This document shows positions 1 through 13,539 of a stretch of 64,000 nucleotides of DNA, in pieces. Each line of letters starts with the position of its first letter. Position 1 is the first letter of the stretch. Origin of the DNA: Octopus vulgaris (Eukaryota); contig OX597831.1 in NCBI GenBank assembly GCA_951406725.2, positions 5,766,001-5,830,000 on the forward strand. Reading direction: 5' to 3'. Below the pieces are notes generated by a model that worked only from the letters and a program-made list of their open reading frames with translations, was not told the origin of the DNA and searched no databases. The translations under genes and the position numbers were made by a program.

Positions 1-357
1 TATATATATACGTATGCAGGAATATGTGTATATTATATAACGTTGTCTACTAATAGTGTAACGAAAACCTCTGAGAAAAATGATAACGCGAAAACATACA
101 GGGAAGTCCAACAGGGAATATATTATTTAGTGAATTTATTATGGTATATATATTATCACAAGAGATCGGAAGAAACTGGGTGTGTATCCACATATATACA
201 CACACATACAGTGAGGAGGTGAAGGGGCAACGAGTGTTGTAATAACTTAAGAAGGAAAGGAGGAACCTCGACAATTATATTCCTAATTGCTGACATTAAC
301 ACGGATACCTGCACGAAACTAGAGTACGCACTATAACCACATATACATATATGTGAT

Positions 358-418
<61 letters not shown>

Positions 419-1283
419 CAGAGAGAAAGAGAAATATACACACATGTATAAATAGATATATACAAATATATAGAATATGTATATGTATATATATGTATAA
501 TATCAAGTTAATTAGTCAAACAGTAATAAAAATTAAGATGCTAAAGAACTTACATCCTCGAAAATGGATCCAACGTTGGCGCTAACAAGTAAAATCCGTG
601 TTAAACCGTTGTCTCCCATACTTGGTGGAGTGTTTTGGTATGATTGTTGGTGTAGTAGAATTTCCTTAGGTAGTGCACACTAGAATGGCACTACGGTGTC
701 TAGCAATCACAGCAGCAAGTCTATAGAGAAATATAGACATCATCTACGTCTATACATTTATTATTATATACATATTATATATTTCATAAAGAGAAGGGAT
801 TTATATATATATAAGAGATATATATCTTAGACGGAGCAATTTACAAGGAGAGAGAGCGATTCACCGCTGAAGTGTTGTGGTCAGTGTTGCGTCAAACAAC
901 ATTTAGACAAAACCTACATATAAATAAAGATATATATTCGGCAGGATATTCATACACACTTGTTTACACCTCGTAGACATAGATAAATATTTATACAAAT
1001 ATCAATATTGTATTTTTATAGCACAGTGGGAATTGTGAGTGCGGGGCTGGGAGGGGTGGAAGATGAGGTGTTGAAAAGCCACCTTCACACGTGTGCACAC
1101 ACGCACCGACCATACAGAATCGCTGATTTGCTCGAGGTACCCGACTGTGAATGTCTCTCATCAGCCTCTGCAAATCTGATTGTATGTGTGTATATGTGCT
1201 CTCTAATATACATAAACTGTCGTAATATTTAACGAGAACGTGACTTTAAAAACATACAGTTTACATACATACATACATTACAT

Positions 1284-1323
<40 letters not shown>

Positions 1324-2227
1324 ATATTATATATTACATGTACACACTTTATTTCTGTTTTTCAGTCGAGGGGTGATGTAGTTTCAAGTTGTACTTGAAC
1401 AAGCGATTTTTTAACTTTACAGGGAAACCTACTAAACTCTACAAAGCATCGATGACTGAAGTAAAGAAACCCTCCCAAAACAGTTCCACTTTTGGTAGTC
1501 GCTGGTGCGAGTGTGTCTGTGTGTGTGTGTGTGTCTGTGTGTGGCACAAGAGGCTGTTTAGAGATGTAAATAAATATGTGTGTGTGTGTGAGTATGTGTA
1601 TATGTATATAAATATATAATTATATTCCTCACTAGCGGAACCAAACTTGTTTGAAATAATGGTAAATAGTATCCTCTTGGGTTTTTAGCAGTCCATTCCG
1701 TCCGTATTTCGGTAGAACCGTGTGTTCTTTATATTCAAAACAGTGTTTTTAAAGACGACCAACATCGAATTTGCTTTCACACAAACAAAATATCGACACA
1801 CATATTCAACACCCTACACATACATACTCATATATATATAAATATATATGTGTGTGTGTATATATATGTATATATATGTGTGTGTGTAGTATAAATAGTC
1901 GTCTCTGAGAGACTAGTTCACTTTTGTTATTAACAATTCAAAGCAAATATTTGTTGATGTTGTTCAATAATAATAATAATTCAAGTTTGCTGTTAATGTT
2001 AATGTTGTTGTTGCTGGTGTTGGTGTTCTTGTTGTTGTTGTCGTCGTCGATTTAGATGGGAAACAAACGGCGATCCCACATCTCGACTCTTTCAGACCAG
2101 TCCGTTCCTTCTTCCCTTGAACTCCTATCATTGCACAAGAAACACTTCGCTGTGAGTCTCAGAGCGAGGAGAAGGAGGAGGAGGAAGAAGAAGAAGAAAA
2201 AGAAGACGAAGGAAACACAGTCGCTTT

Positions 2228-2261
<34 letters not shown>

Positions 2262-3715
2262 CTCATCTGTCTATATCGATCTGTTTATCTATTTAGCTAT
2301 CTATCTATCTACTTATCTGCCTGTCTGTCTATCTATCTATCTATTATCTTACCTATCTGTCACTATAGCTATCAATACGTGTGTATTTCTCTTCCTCTTT
2401 ACATTTTTTCTCTTTATTTTGACACTCCTAGCCCTACCTCGCCAAATATCCTTTCTTCCCATAAAGTAACGGCCTGAAAAAAAAAAGGCTATGGGCCAAG
2501 CTCCCTCACCTCATCATTCCTTTAATACCAACAAAGATCTCTCTCTCTCTCCCTCTGTCTCTGTCTCTCTCTCTCTCAATGGACATACACACGTACGTAC
2601 GTGTTTTTATAAACACCTGTTAACCAATCTGGTTATTCATATTCCACTTTTCACATACACACACACGTACTCATATACTGACTCTCTCTCTCTCTCTCTC
2701 TCTCACTCTACACACACACACACACATATACATAATGACTAATGTATTCAACCATATATCTATCATTTTCTTCTCTCTCTTTCTTTCAATACATATATAT
2801 ACATATATATATATACACACACACATATGCATAAAGACAATAAGAATGGAGTGAGCAAGTCTTTTTAATACATCAATTGACAATTTAATACACAAATGAA
2901 ATTATGTGTGTGCCAGTGTGTGTGTGTGTGTGTGTGTATGCGTGTGTGTGTGTCTGTGTGTGTATGCCTGTGTGTGTGTGTGTGCCTCTGTGTGTGTGTG
3001 TGTGTGCTTCTGTGTGTGTGTGTGTGTGTGACTTCAGTTCTGAGAGAGTTAAACGTAATACTCAATGGTTCGCACCACCGCCGCCATCACCACCAGCCCC
3101 ATGATATTCCATTTATTTATATTTCTTAAACGCATAACACAACAAGCAGATCAATCGATTCCTCTCCATCCATCCATCCATCCATTGTATCAATGGGAAC
3201 GAACGGGAACACATCCTCAGAGGGTTGCCAGCAGTTTGTGACGGGGAACAGCTTCAACGCCACAACCTCTCTCTCTCTCTCTCCTCCCCCCCGAGTACTG
3301 CCTTTAAGTGTCACGCCTATCTCCCGCACGTGTGTGTACAAACGGGGGGAGGGAGGCAGGGAAGAAGGACACAGTGAGTGAGAGAGAGAGAGAGGAAAAG
3401 AGAGAAAGAGGGAGTAAATGTGTTAATTGGTATCCTCTTACTACACCTCATCACGTCTGCACCCTTCATTATTTCTCCCCCAACGCCACCTTTCTCTCTC
3501 TCTCTATCTCTCTCTATCTCTTTCTCTCTCTCTCTTTCTCTCCTCTCTTCTGTATTTCATTCACATTTCCTTCTCCTCCTCCTCCTCCACCACCTTTCTA
3601 CATACGTGCGTACATACATACATACATTGCAATTTAATATACATGCAAGGATATACATGCAGTATACACTCGGAAGTATGAATATCCTAATACAATTTTA
3701 TCCTATATGCATCTA

Positions 3716-3750
<35 letters not shown>

Positions 3751-3778
3751 TATGTATGTGTATATGTATATGCGCGTA

Positions 3779-3839
<61 letters not shown>

Positions 3840-3904
3840 TTACATATGTATGTGTGTGCGCGCGCACTATGCAACACCATACTTTGTATTGATTCATCTA
3901 TTAT

Positions 3905-4210
3905 TCACTCTATCTCTCCCTCTCCTATTCTCTTCCTTTCTCTCCTTATCACTCTCTTACTCTGTCTCTCTCTCTCTCTCTCTATCTCTCCCTCTCCTAT
4001 TCTCTTCCTTTTTCTCCTTCTCACTCTTACTCACTCACTCTGTCTCTGTCTCTCTCTCTCTATCTCTCCCTCTCCTATTCTCTTCCTTTCTCTCCTTATC
4101 ACTCTTACTCACTCACTGTCTCTCTCTCTCTCTCTCTATCTCTCCCTCTCCTATTCTCTTCCTTTTTCTCCTTCTCACTCTTACTCACTCACTCTGTCTG
4201 TCTCTCTCTC
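3905..4210. repeat. Pyrimidine-rich tandem repeat, ~70 bp unit, ~4 copies
   Basis: tctatctctccctctcctattctcttccttt...ctcacTcttactc recurs near 3909, 3979, 4059 and 4134. Confidence 0.8.
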
Positions 4211-4734
4211 TCTCTACCTATCTATCTATCTGTCTATCTCTCCCTCTTTCTTCATATTTCCTTGATCGACCTCTTCCACACATTTCGTTTCTCCTCTCTC
4301 CGACCGACCTCTACGTAAGTCGCCCGACTCGCTAGAAATAGCGACCAGATTTCCTCTTTCGAATCACTTCCACCACTCCTTGCCGCCTTAAAAAAATAAG
4401 GAACAACAAGACCAAGACATTATTAGATAACGCAGATCTTAGACATCACTAAAAAGACAAATTCCATGTCATGGCATGGCTGGAGTGTCTTCGAATCATA
4501 ATTCTGCCCACAAATAAAGCAACCTAGGATAAAACAACATCAATTGAGTCTCTTCCTCTCTTCCTCTCTTTCTCTCCCTCCTCCCCCCTCATCACTCTCT
4601 CTCTCTCTCTATCGCTCTACAATATTATATTTCTTACTACTCCTCCTCTTTCACCTCCTACTTCCATTATTCTACCTTAATCTCAATATGGCGTCTGCCG
4701 TTGATTCAGTTTTACCTCACCCCCCCGCTCTTCT

Positions 4735-4770
<36 letters not shown>

Positions 4771-5224
4771 ATACATATATACATATATAGTTACGTGTAC
4801 ACACACACACACACACATCTTTACACATACATACACAAATATAGAGTCATACATACAGACGTAGCGATATATACACACGCATTCACTTCATCTTCGACTC
4901 CCCACTTCCCGTCTTCTTCTTCTTTCATTTCCTAATGCTATTTAACCCCAGGTTAGACCTGACTGAGCCGATCCTTGGCTAACGACATTCCAGCCGTGAC
5001 TATCCACTCCTTTTTTAGAGATAGAACTACACTAACCAGACCAGTGTGGTGTCCTTTCCTTTACTTTTAAGACAGTAAAACGATTTCAGACAGATTTAGC
5101 TGTTATTTTTAGTTGAGTCGGGTGACCACCTACAGGCTCCTTCGTTATCTCATCTTTCAATAGTGAGTATAAGTGAGTATATATGTATGTGTATTTCTGT
5201 GCGTGTATATACATATATATACAT

Positions 5225-5630
5225 GTGTGTGTGTGTGTGTGTGTCCGTGCGTATGTATGCGAGTACGTACGCTTATGTGTGTGTACGTACGTGCGTATGT
5301 TTCAGTGTACGTATATCTGTGTGTGTGTGTGTGAGTACGTACGCGCGCGTGTGCGTGTGTGTGTGTGCGTCCGTGAGTATGTATGCGAGTACGTACGTTT
5401 ATGTGTGTGTGTACGTACGTGTGAATGTTTCAGTGTACGTATATCTGTGTGTGTGTGAGTACGTACGCGCGCGTGTGCGTGTGTGTGTGTGCGTCCGTGA
5501 GTATGTATGCGAGTACGTACGTTTATGTGTGTGTGTACGTACGTGTGAATGTTTCAGTGTACGTATATGTCTGTGTGTGTGTGTGTATGAGTACGTACGC
5601 TCCGCGTGTGCGTGTGTACGTACGTGCTAG
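5225..5630. repeat. Higher-order tandem repeat of a (GT)n/GTAC-derived unit, ~125 bp, ~3 copies
   Basis: The block gtccgtgagtatgtatgcgagtacgtacgtttatgtgtgtgtgtacgtacgtgtgaatgtttcagtgtacgtata is repeated. Confidence 0.8.
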
Positions 5631-6454
5631 AGTATGCACGTGTTTGGGAGTATGTGTGTGTATATGTATGTCCATTCGGGTTCTCTGTATATTGTCTGTC
5701 GTTCTATAAAAACTAATTTCTCCTCTCATTCTTCATATTACGACATTTTCGTCTACTTTCACCCTTCGTTCTTCTGTTTGACATTTCTGTTCCTTCTTTT
5801 TTTTTTATATTTTCTATTTTCTTTTCCCCCTCTCAGCTATTTCTTTCAATTTATTCCTTCCTAATTTCTTCCTTCCTTCCTGTCTTTCTAAAATAGCTTC
5901 ATTTTTAAGTTATCTCTTCGTTTATTTTCTGTTATTTCGTTGTATATTCGCATCAATTCACCACACACTCACACACACACACAGCCATAACGGCGAAAAT
6001 CCTATTCTGGCCTGGTATTTGTCATATTCTCCTCGATTATAAATTAACTGGAACTTGCTCCTGACTATACATACATATATACATACGCACATTGGCAAGA
6101 AATCTTGAAATAAAACCGAACAATGACATACATACATACATACATACATACATACATACATACATACACATATAGACATACATATGTATGTGTTTGCATG
6201 TGTGTATATATATATACATATATGCGTATGTATATATATATATATATATATACATATATGCGTATATATATATATATATATACATATATGCGTATATATA
6301 TATATATATACATATATGCGTGTATATATATATATATATATATATACATATATGCGTATGTATATATATATATATACATACGCACATATTTATATACATA
6401 TATATATGTATGTATCTATCTATACCTATCCATCTAACTCTATCTATCTATCTA

Positions 6455-6497
<43 letters not shown>

Positions 6498-6500
6498 GCA

Positions 6501-6545
<45 letters not shown>

Positions 6546-6855
6546 TAACCCTGTGCATAGATCGTTTATGTGGTGATCGAATGTGATGACCAGATCCAAA
6601 TTAACTTCGCTTCGAGCACCGCTGTCTCACAAGTACCAAGGTACTGCAGTACTGGCTGGTGCTGCAATTGACTATGGACCGGTTACCGATTCTGTTGTGA
6701 TCTGTCCAACAAAGAGCTCGATCATCAAACACTACCTCCATCTACCATTGCAGGAAAATCAACTTTACAGACTGGAATAAGGTTAGGTCTTTATCAAAGA
6801 TCATCCATCTACCCAGAGCTGCTTAGTAACCCTTCCACATGCAGGTTTTAATAGG

Positions 6856-7717
6856 AGACAGTCTTGGAAATCAACCAGATGTAGCTTTGTCTACATGACT
6901 CTGCCCTGGGTTAGAAGAACCTGCCTATAAAAAGAGAGGTGGGGAAGGAAATGCATGTTAGACATTAGAAAAATCTTGCATATTTTTATTGTTCCACTTA
7001 CAAATTGTATTTGCAACGGTTGTGTTAACTGGTGACTTTCTTTGCCTGAAAATCTTATCTTTTCCAAATGTAGACAGTCTTGGAAATAAACCAGATGTAG
7101 CTTTGTCTACATGACTCTGCCCTGGGTTAGAAGGAACCTGCCTATAAAAAGAGAGGTGGGGAAGGAAATGCATGTTAAACATTAGAAAAATCTTGCATTT
7201 TTTATTGTTCCACTTACAAGTTGTATTTGTAACGGTTGTGTTAACTGGTGACTTTCTTTGCCTGAAAATCCTATCTTTTCCAAATGTAGACAGTCTTGGA
7301 AATAAACCAGATGTAGCTTTGTCCACATGACTTTGCCCTAGGTTACAAGGACCTGCCTATAAAAAGAGAGGTGGGGAAGGAAATGCATGTTAAACATTAG
7401 AAAAATCTTGCATATTTTTATTGTTCCACTTACAAGTTGTATTTGTAACGGTTGTGTTAACTGGTGACTTTCTTTGCCTGAAAATCCTATCTTTTCCAAA
7501 TGTAGACAGTCTTGGAAATAAACCAGATGTAGCTTTGTCTACATGACTCTGCCCTAGGTTACAAGGACCTGCCTATAAAAAGAGAGGTGGGGAAGGAAAT
7601 GCATGTTAAACATTAGAAAAATCTTGCATCTTTTTATTGTTCCTCTTACAAATTGTATTTGCAACGGTTGTGTTAACTGGTGACTTTCTTTGCCTGAAAA
7701 TCCTATCTTTTCCAAAT
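6856..7717. repeat. 216 bp tandem repeat x4, containing the 3' coding end of an RLE-type LINE
   Basis: agacagtcttggaaat starts at 6856, 7072, 7288 and 7504. The minus strand of each unit reads LEKIGFSGKESHQLTQPLQIQ(F/L)VSGTIK-CKIFLMF-like. Confidence 0.9.
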
Positions 7718-8530
7718 TGTCACGTAGACATTTACTAACATAATCACATGCACTTGTAATCTCTCTCTCTATAAAGCTGAAGTTGTCTGTGTATGGCAGG
7801 TTTGGCAGCCTTCAACAAACACTATCTCCTCCGAGACCCTGCAGCGCAAATTGACCAAAATTGAGTGTATGATAGAAGAAGGCTTGCTCTTCCTTCCATA
7901 GAAGAAAAAATTCAAATGTTAACACCAAAAATTATTTACATCAAAAAGGTGCATTTTTTAAATGAAAATCCATATTTTTTACGATTTTTTTACTGCTGTG
8001 TCGCCATTTTTCGGTGTATTTCAACCAGAAAAATGTTCACCTAAAGAGAATAACAAGCTACATAATGCAAAATTTTTACTTTTCAAAAATTCCAATTCTA
8101 AAGGGTCGAAACAAACCCAAGCAACGCCAGGCGATACTGCTAGTTATTGGTATAAATTTGAATTTATAATCAGGTCTGAGAAGCCACAGGTTTTGAAGCA
8201 GTTGTCTGTTTCTCTGTGTTGTTGGTCTGCGAAGAAATGTTCACATCTATAGAGTAGTCAACTTCTATAGCTGAACATGACTTTTTTGCTGTCCCAGACA
8301 ACTGTATGAGACCTCTTGATGGGAATATTTTTCCAATATTCTTTTGAGCTCATTTATTTGCATGTCATCCTTAGCAGACATGGTTATATTTATTCCAAGA
8401 GAGTCTTTTTTCAAATGACACCAACGTATTGTCTCAGCAACGACATCATGTTACAATGGCATGGAGTACATTGATAATATTTTGGGGTAGTTGCTGATCA
8501 ATCACATATAAATTATCCTTAAATGTATGA
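7600..8530 (-). mobile_element. Decayed R4/Dong-type (restriction-like endonuclease) LINE, C-terminal region, interrupted by a Helitron
   Basis: Broken minus-strand peptides HDVVA, EYWKNIPIK, VVWDSK, IEVDYSIDVN, PDYKFKFIPI | ITSACDYVSKCLRDNLEKIGFS match the C-terminal layout of RLE LINEs. Confidence 0.7.
7760..8144 (+). mobile_element. Non-autonomous Helitron-like element
   Basis: Starts TC(tctctctctataaagctgaagttgtctgtg), ends with an imperfect hairpin cccaagcaacgccagg and CTAG, and is inserted between A and T with no TSD. A second copy lies at 56155-56542 (-). Confidence 0.75.
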
Positions 8531-8604
8531 CACAATCAATACATTCAGTTGTATCATGGCAGTTTAACCCTGTAGCACGTAAACTGACCAGAACGTTAAT
8601 AAAA

Positions 8605-9241
8605 CTCACCATTTGAGCGTGGCCATTGCCAGTGCTACCTGTCCGGCTCTCATGCCGGTGGCATGTAAAAAGCACCATTCGAGTGTGAGTCATTGCCAGT
8701 ACCACTTGACTGGCTCCTGTGCCAGAGCCATGTAAAAGGCACCATTCAAGCATGGGTTGTTGCTAGTGCCACTTAACTGGCTCTTGTGCTGGTGGCACGT
8801 AAAAAGTACTATTCGAGTGTGGGTCATTGCCAGTGCTACCTGACTGGCTCCTGTGCTGGTGGCACATTAAAAGCACCATTCAAGCGTGGGTTGTTGCTAG
8901 TTCCACCTAATTGGCTCCTGTGCTGGTGGCACGTAAAAAGCACCATTTGAGCATGGGTCATTGCTAGTGCCACCTGACTGGCTCCCATGCCGGTTGCACA
9001 TAAAAAGCACTATTCAAGCTGGTCAATGCCAGTACCGCCTGACTGACCCTCGTGCCAGTGGCACGTAAAAAGCACCCACTACACTCTCGGAGTGGTTGGC
9101 GTTAGGAAGGGCATCCAGCTGTAGAAACACTGCCAGATCAGACTGGATCCTGGTGCAGCCTTCTGGCTTGCCAGCCCTCAGTCAAACCGTCCAACCCATG
9201 CCAGCATAGAAAGCAGACATTAAAAGATGATGATGATGATA
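8605..9241 (+). mobile_element. RTE-associated retroposon 3' end with ~7 internal ~67 bp repeats and a (GAT)n tail
   Basis: aaaagcaccattc recurs about every 67 bp, followed by gttggcgttaggaagggcatccagctgtagaaac...ccaacccatgccagcat and (gat)n. Related copies at 9855-10310 (-), 12169-12310 (-), 23640-23915 (+) and 30552-30605 (+). Confidence 0.75.
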
Positions 9242-9410
9242 ACATTCAACATGGTTTATGTTCAGAATAGACACACCTGGCCTCTCACACCTTCCCTACA
9301 ATGTCATTCTAAAAACACACAACCACATGATTGAAATTTTGAAGCTACAAGATAATCCAGGATTAACTCAAAACAATGTACATTAGCTTTGACAGAATAA
9401 TCTGAACACT

Positions 9411-9623
9411 AAAGGATTAAACTGACTATATCAGGCCCAAACATTCTACATGTTTGATGTTCAAACCAGCTAGATCCAGCCTCTCACACCTACCCTACAA
9501 TGTCATTCTGAAAATAATCACGTCATTGAAATTTCACAGCTACAAGATAATGCATGATTAAATTAAACAAAGTGAATAAATAAACATTACATTTGACAAA
9601 GTGATCTGAATGCTAAAAGGTTA
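9411..9623 (-). mobile_element. piggyBac-type MITE (TTAA/CCTTT ends)
   Basis: Ends atgctaaaaggttaa. The same family occurs at 9245-9420, 9752-10425 (split by a retroposon), 18415-18620 and 54080-54280. Confidence 0.6.
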
Positions 9624-10454
9624 AGGGCTTTACTGTCTCTTTGCTTAAGATATTCTGTAGCGATCTCCTGCTCCTGGACTGCAAACAAATAAATTTCTAG
9701 GTCTGATGTAATGCAATGGTCACAAGTCCAAGAGAGGCTGTTCTTCCTCTTTAACCTTTAAGCATTCAGATTATTTTATCAAATGTAATGCTTATCTATT
9801 CACTTAGCTTTTAATTAATCATGCCTTTTCTTGTAACTTAGAGATATCAATGATGTCATCATCATCATCATCATCATTGTTTAATGTCCGTTTTCCATAC
9901 TAGCATGGGTTGGACGGTTCGTCCAGAGTCTGGGAAGCCAGGAGGCTGCACCAGACTCCAGTCTGATCTGGCAGTATTTCTACAGTTGGATGCCCTTCTT
10001 AACGCCAACCACTCTGTGAGTGTAGTGGGTGCTTTTTGTGCGCCACCTGAACAGGGGCCAGAGGAGGCTGGCAAATGGCCATGATCAGTTGGTGCTTTTA
10101 CGTGTCACCGACACGGGTATCTTAACTACAATTTCCATTTGATTTTTATTTTGATGTTGGTGTTAACATACTTGACTCCATAGGTCTACTCAAGAACAGC
10201 AGGTCACTCTACGATCCAAGGTTAGCACAGCAGGCCGTCCTGCAAGCCATGAACTCACTTCATTTGTCAGGTCTTCACAGTCACAGCATATCTCCAGAGG
10301 TCTCGGTCTACGTCATGATTGTTTATTTTTGGAATGACCTTATAAGTTAATTGTGAGAGGCCAGGTCTGGTTGCTTTGAAGATAAAACAAGTAGGACATT
10401 TTGCCTGGATATGGCCTGTTTAACTTGTTAACCACAATGACCTGTTTGACTTGT

Positions 10455-10862
10455 TAGTGGTAGGTAGCTTGTTTACCAACCACATGGTTCCGGGTTCAGT
10501 CCCACTGCGTGGCACCTTGGGCAAGTGTCTTCTACTATAGCCTCGGGCCGACCAAAGCCTTGTGAGTGGATTTGGTAGACGGAAACTGAAAGAAGCCTGT
10601 CGTATATATGTATATATATATATATATGCTTGTGTGTGTGTTTGTGTGTTTGTGTGTCTGTGTTTTTCCCCCTAGCATTGCTTGACAACCGATGCTGGTG
10701 TGCTTATGTCCCCGTTACTTAGCGGTTCGGCAAAAAAGACCGATAGAATAAGTACTGGGCTTACAAAAGAATAAGTCCCGGGGTCGAGTTGCTCGATTAA
10801 AGGCGGTGCTCCAGCATGGCCGCAGTCAAATGACTGAAACAAGTAAAAGAGAGAGTAAAAGA
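10455..10862 (+). mobile_element. tRNA-derived SINE family B (CORE-like ccttgggcaagtg, internal microsatellite, gactgaaacaagtaaaaga tail)
   Basis: Box B-like ggttcagtccc. Near-identical copy at 53515-53912. Partial copies at 11095-11250, 17528-17690, 23362-23500, 25555-25712, 27200-28030, 29960-30160, 35412-35830, 36685-36965, 49695-49860, 56852-57002 and 57560-57790. Confidence 0.85.
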
Positions 10863-10904
<42 letters not shown>

Positions 10905-10995
10905 AGGGAGAATTCACAAAAAAGACAAAAGACGAAGGCAGGTGGTGTAGACATCAAACAGATGTATTAGTTTAACGCTCGGGAAGTGAAAAAGT

Positions 10996-11031
10996 CTTTA
11001 ACGTTTCGAGCCTACACTTCTCCACAGAAAG
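10996..11031 (-). ncRNA. Degenerate minimal hammerhead-like motif (U6 core family)
   Basis: Minus strand: cttt CTGTGGA gaagtgtaggctc GAAA cgtt aaag. Homologous to 45498-45533. Confidence 0.4.
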
Positions 11032-11552
11032 AAACATAGAAAGAAACAAGGAGAGAAAACAAAGAATGTGTAGTAGCTAGCAATCTTTCACAATGGGTTT
11101 CTTTCAGTTTCCATCTACCATATCCACTCACAAGGTTTTGGTTGGTCTGAGGCTATAATAGAAGATACTTGCCCAATGTGCCATGCAGTGGGACTGAACT
11201 CAGAACCATGTGGCTGGGAATAAGCTTCTTACCACATGGCCACACCTGCTGTATTTATTTTTATTGCCATTGATTAGCAAATGCTGTCTGAGTAACAATG
11301 GGCAACAGTCAATGAGTCCTCTCCATATCTGTATTTCTGGAAAGTAGACATACTGGCTGAATCATTAGAATGCCAGACAAAATGTTTCTTCAGGCTTTAC
11401 ATTCTGAGTTCTAATTCTGCTGAGGTCAGCATTACATTTCATCCTTTCGGGGTCGATAAAATAAGTACTAGTTGAGCACTGGAGACCACGTAATTGTCTT
11501 TCCTAAAATTGCTGGCCTTAGGAATGAGAACCCAGGTTCGAAATTTCCCCAA

Positions 11553-11598
11553 GTCACCTGATGAAGGCTGGAGAGTATATCAGCTGAAATGTTGTGTT
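11553..11598 (+). ncRNA. Degenerate minimal type I hammerhead-like motif
   Basis: cac CTGATGA a ggctg gagagtatat cagct GAAA tgtt gtg. Confidence 0.5.
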
Positions 11599-11654
11599 AA
11601 CAACAAACAAGATGAGGACAAATATCCGTCAAATGTAAATAATGTAAGCAATAC

Positions 11655-12140
11655 CTTTTGCTTCCCATAAAACTGAGGCCATCAACTTCCCTACAGATGA
11701 AATGGCCTTTGTTTTCTTTGGAGTAGGTGAGAAGGGGTGTTTCGCTGCATTGGTTGTTTCTTTCTCTCTGGCTCAAAGGGATGAAGCTAATGCCCATCCT
11801 GAGTTAGAAAATGATCAAGGAAACCAGTTGGATTTGCCTCAAAAAATATCAAATTTTTCCATGACGTGATCAGTCTGATGCGCTTTTGATCAGGTGTTAG
11901 AAGACGTGGCCCCCACCAAGCAGAAGCCATCGTCATGCCAACTTCATTGTACAGAATATTCTTAACTCTCTCACAAGATACACCAATAGCATTGGCTGTT
12001 TGATTTATAGTCAGTTACCTGTTATCCATCAGTACATGGTGAACATAATCAATGTTTTCCTCAGTGGTGGCAATTACAAGATGTCCAGAACTTGGACCAC
12101 TTTCAAGACCCCCTCCCATCCTCTCCTAAATTCAGCTGAT
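11655..12140 (-). mobile_element. Mariner transposase N-terminal fragment (pseudogene)
   Basis: Broken minus-strand translation includes NQTANAIGVSCERVKNILYNEVGMTMASAWWGPRLLTPDQKRIRL, equivalent to the mariner WVPHEL linker. Confidence 0.75.
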
Positions 12141-12663
12141 CGTTTTTGTACCGGTGATCAATCTGGACCATCATCATCATCATCATCGTTTAACGTCTGC
12201 TTTCCATGCTAGCATGGGTTGGACGATTTGACCGAGGTCTGGCGAACCAGATGGCTGCACCAGACTCCAATCTTGATCTGGCAGAGTTTCTACAGCTGGA
12301 TGCCCTTCCATGTCTGCATGAATGTCCTTGGAAGTTAAACCCTATTCCTGAGGGTACTTGATAACGCCACAATGCCAAACTTTGTCCATTTTCAAGAGAA
12401 ATCACAACTAGCTACTATTCAAGTCTTTTTGGAACCATTAGATGTCAGTTTACCTGGAAAGAAACAATGTGGTTCTTAATAAGGAGAATTGAAATTAATG
12501 TACTCAAGATTTCACAACTCATCATCACTCCTTCATAGTTATCCTATGAACTTTTCAGCCCAACTTTTTTATTAGTATTTATAATTTATTTTTTTTATCT
12601 CATCTAGTTTCAGCTCACGAGCTGTGGCCATGCTGGGGCACTGCCATTAAAAAAACGGTAAGT

Positions 12664-12737
12664 CGACCCTGGGTAGGCTTGAACCACCAACCTTTTGGTT
12701 GACAGTGGAACGTGCCAACCGATTGCGCCATGCAGTT
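12664..12737 (-). pseudogene. tRNA-Asn(GTT)-derived pseudogene
   Basis: Minus strand tggcgcaatcggttggcacgttccactgtcaaccaaaaggttggtggttcaagcctacccagggtcg closely follows metazoan tRNA-Asn. The anticodon reads GTC, and the acceptor and anticodon stems are damaged. Confidence 0.8.
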
Positions 12738-13539
12738 GATGTCAGGATGTTGCAGGTTTAAATGTCTATGGAATGGATAAACTACTTAAAAATCCCAAAT
12801 GCTTGTATGAATATTGGTACTGCAGTTGCATCATGGGATATTGCCAATTTTTTTTTTACTTTTTTTAGTCAGATATATTCCTTGGTTAGTTTATTCTAGT
12901 TCACTGTGCCTTTATATGAATGATATATTTTCTCCAATGCCCAGATATTTGTAGCACTCATTGTACTGAACAGGGAGAGACTATTGATGCTAATGTTTTG
13001 CATTTGGAAAAACAGTTTTTCCATGAGCAATAGTCAAATATGGTCATTTGTTTTGGCCAAGTTCCAAATCTATATCAGCAGAAAATGTTGTTACTAAATG
13101 TAACATTGTAAATATTTTTAAGTATAGACCTTCAGATTATCCACAATGAAGTTAAGGTTACATTAGCGTTAGTTCCACTTGTTGTTGTAGACCCTAGCAC
13201 TTAACCAACCAATGGATTTTTATGAAAGAACTAACAGTAGATTTAGTGCCAAAATAAACAGAACTACAGACAAACTTTCTGCTTGGAATATTCCCTTTGA
13301 AATATTTATTATACCGGAAACAGACAAGTACATGTGTATATATGTTTGTGTATGTGTATATACATATGCATAAATATGCATGTGTGTATACATATATATA
13401 TGTGAGTATGCATATATGTATGCATGCATATATGTATGTATGTCTGTATGTATGTATGCATGTATGTGTATATGTTTGTATGTATGTATGTATGTATACA
13501 TGTACATATGTTTGCATCTGTATATGTATACATGCATGT

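Noticed and set aside
6856-7717. Apparent repeated minus-strand exon-intron units (GTAAG donor, tttttatag acceptor) in the 216 bp array
   Set aside because: GTAAG is part of the LINE coding sequence (QFVSGTIK), matching the LINE remnants at 13640-13780 and 49010-49205.
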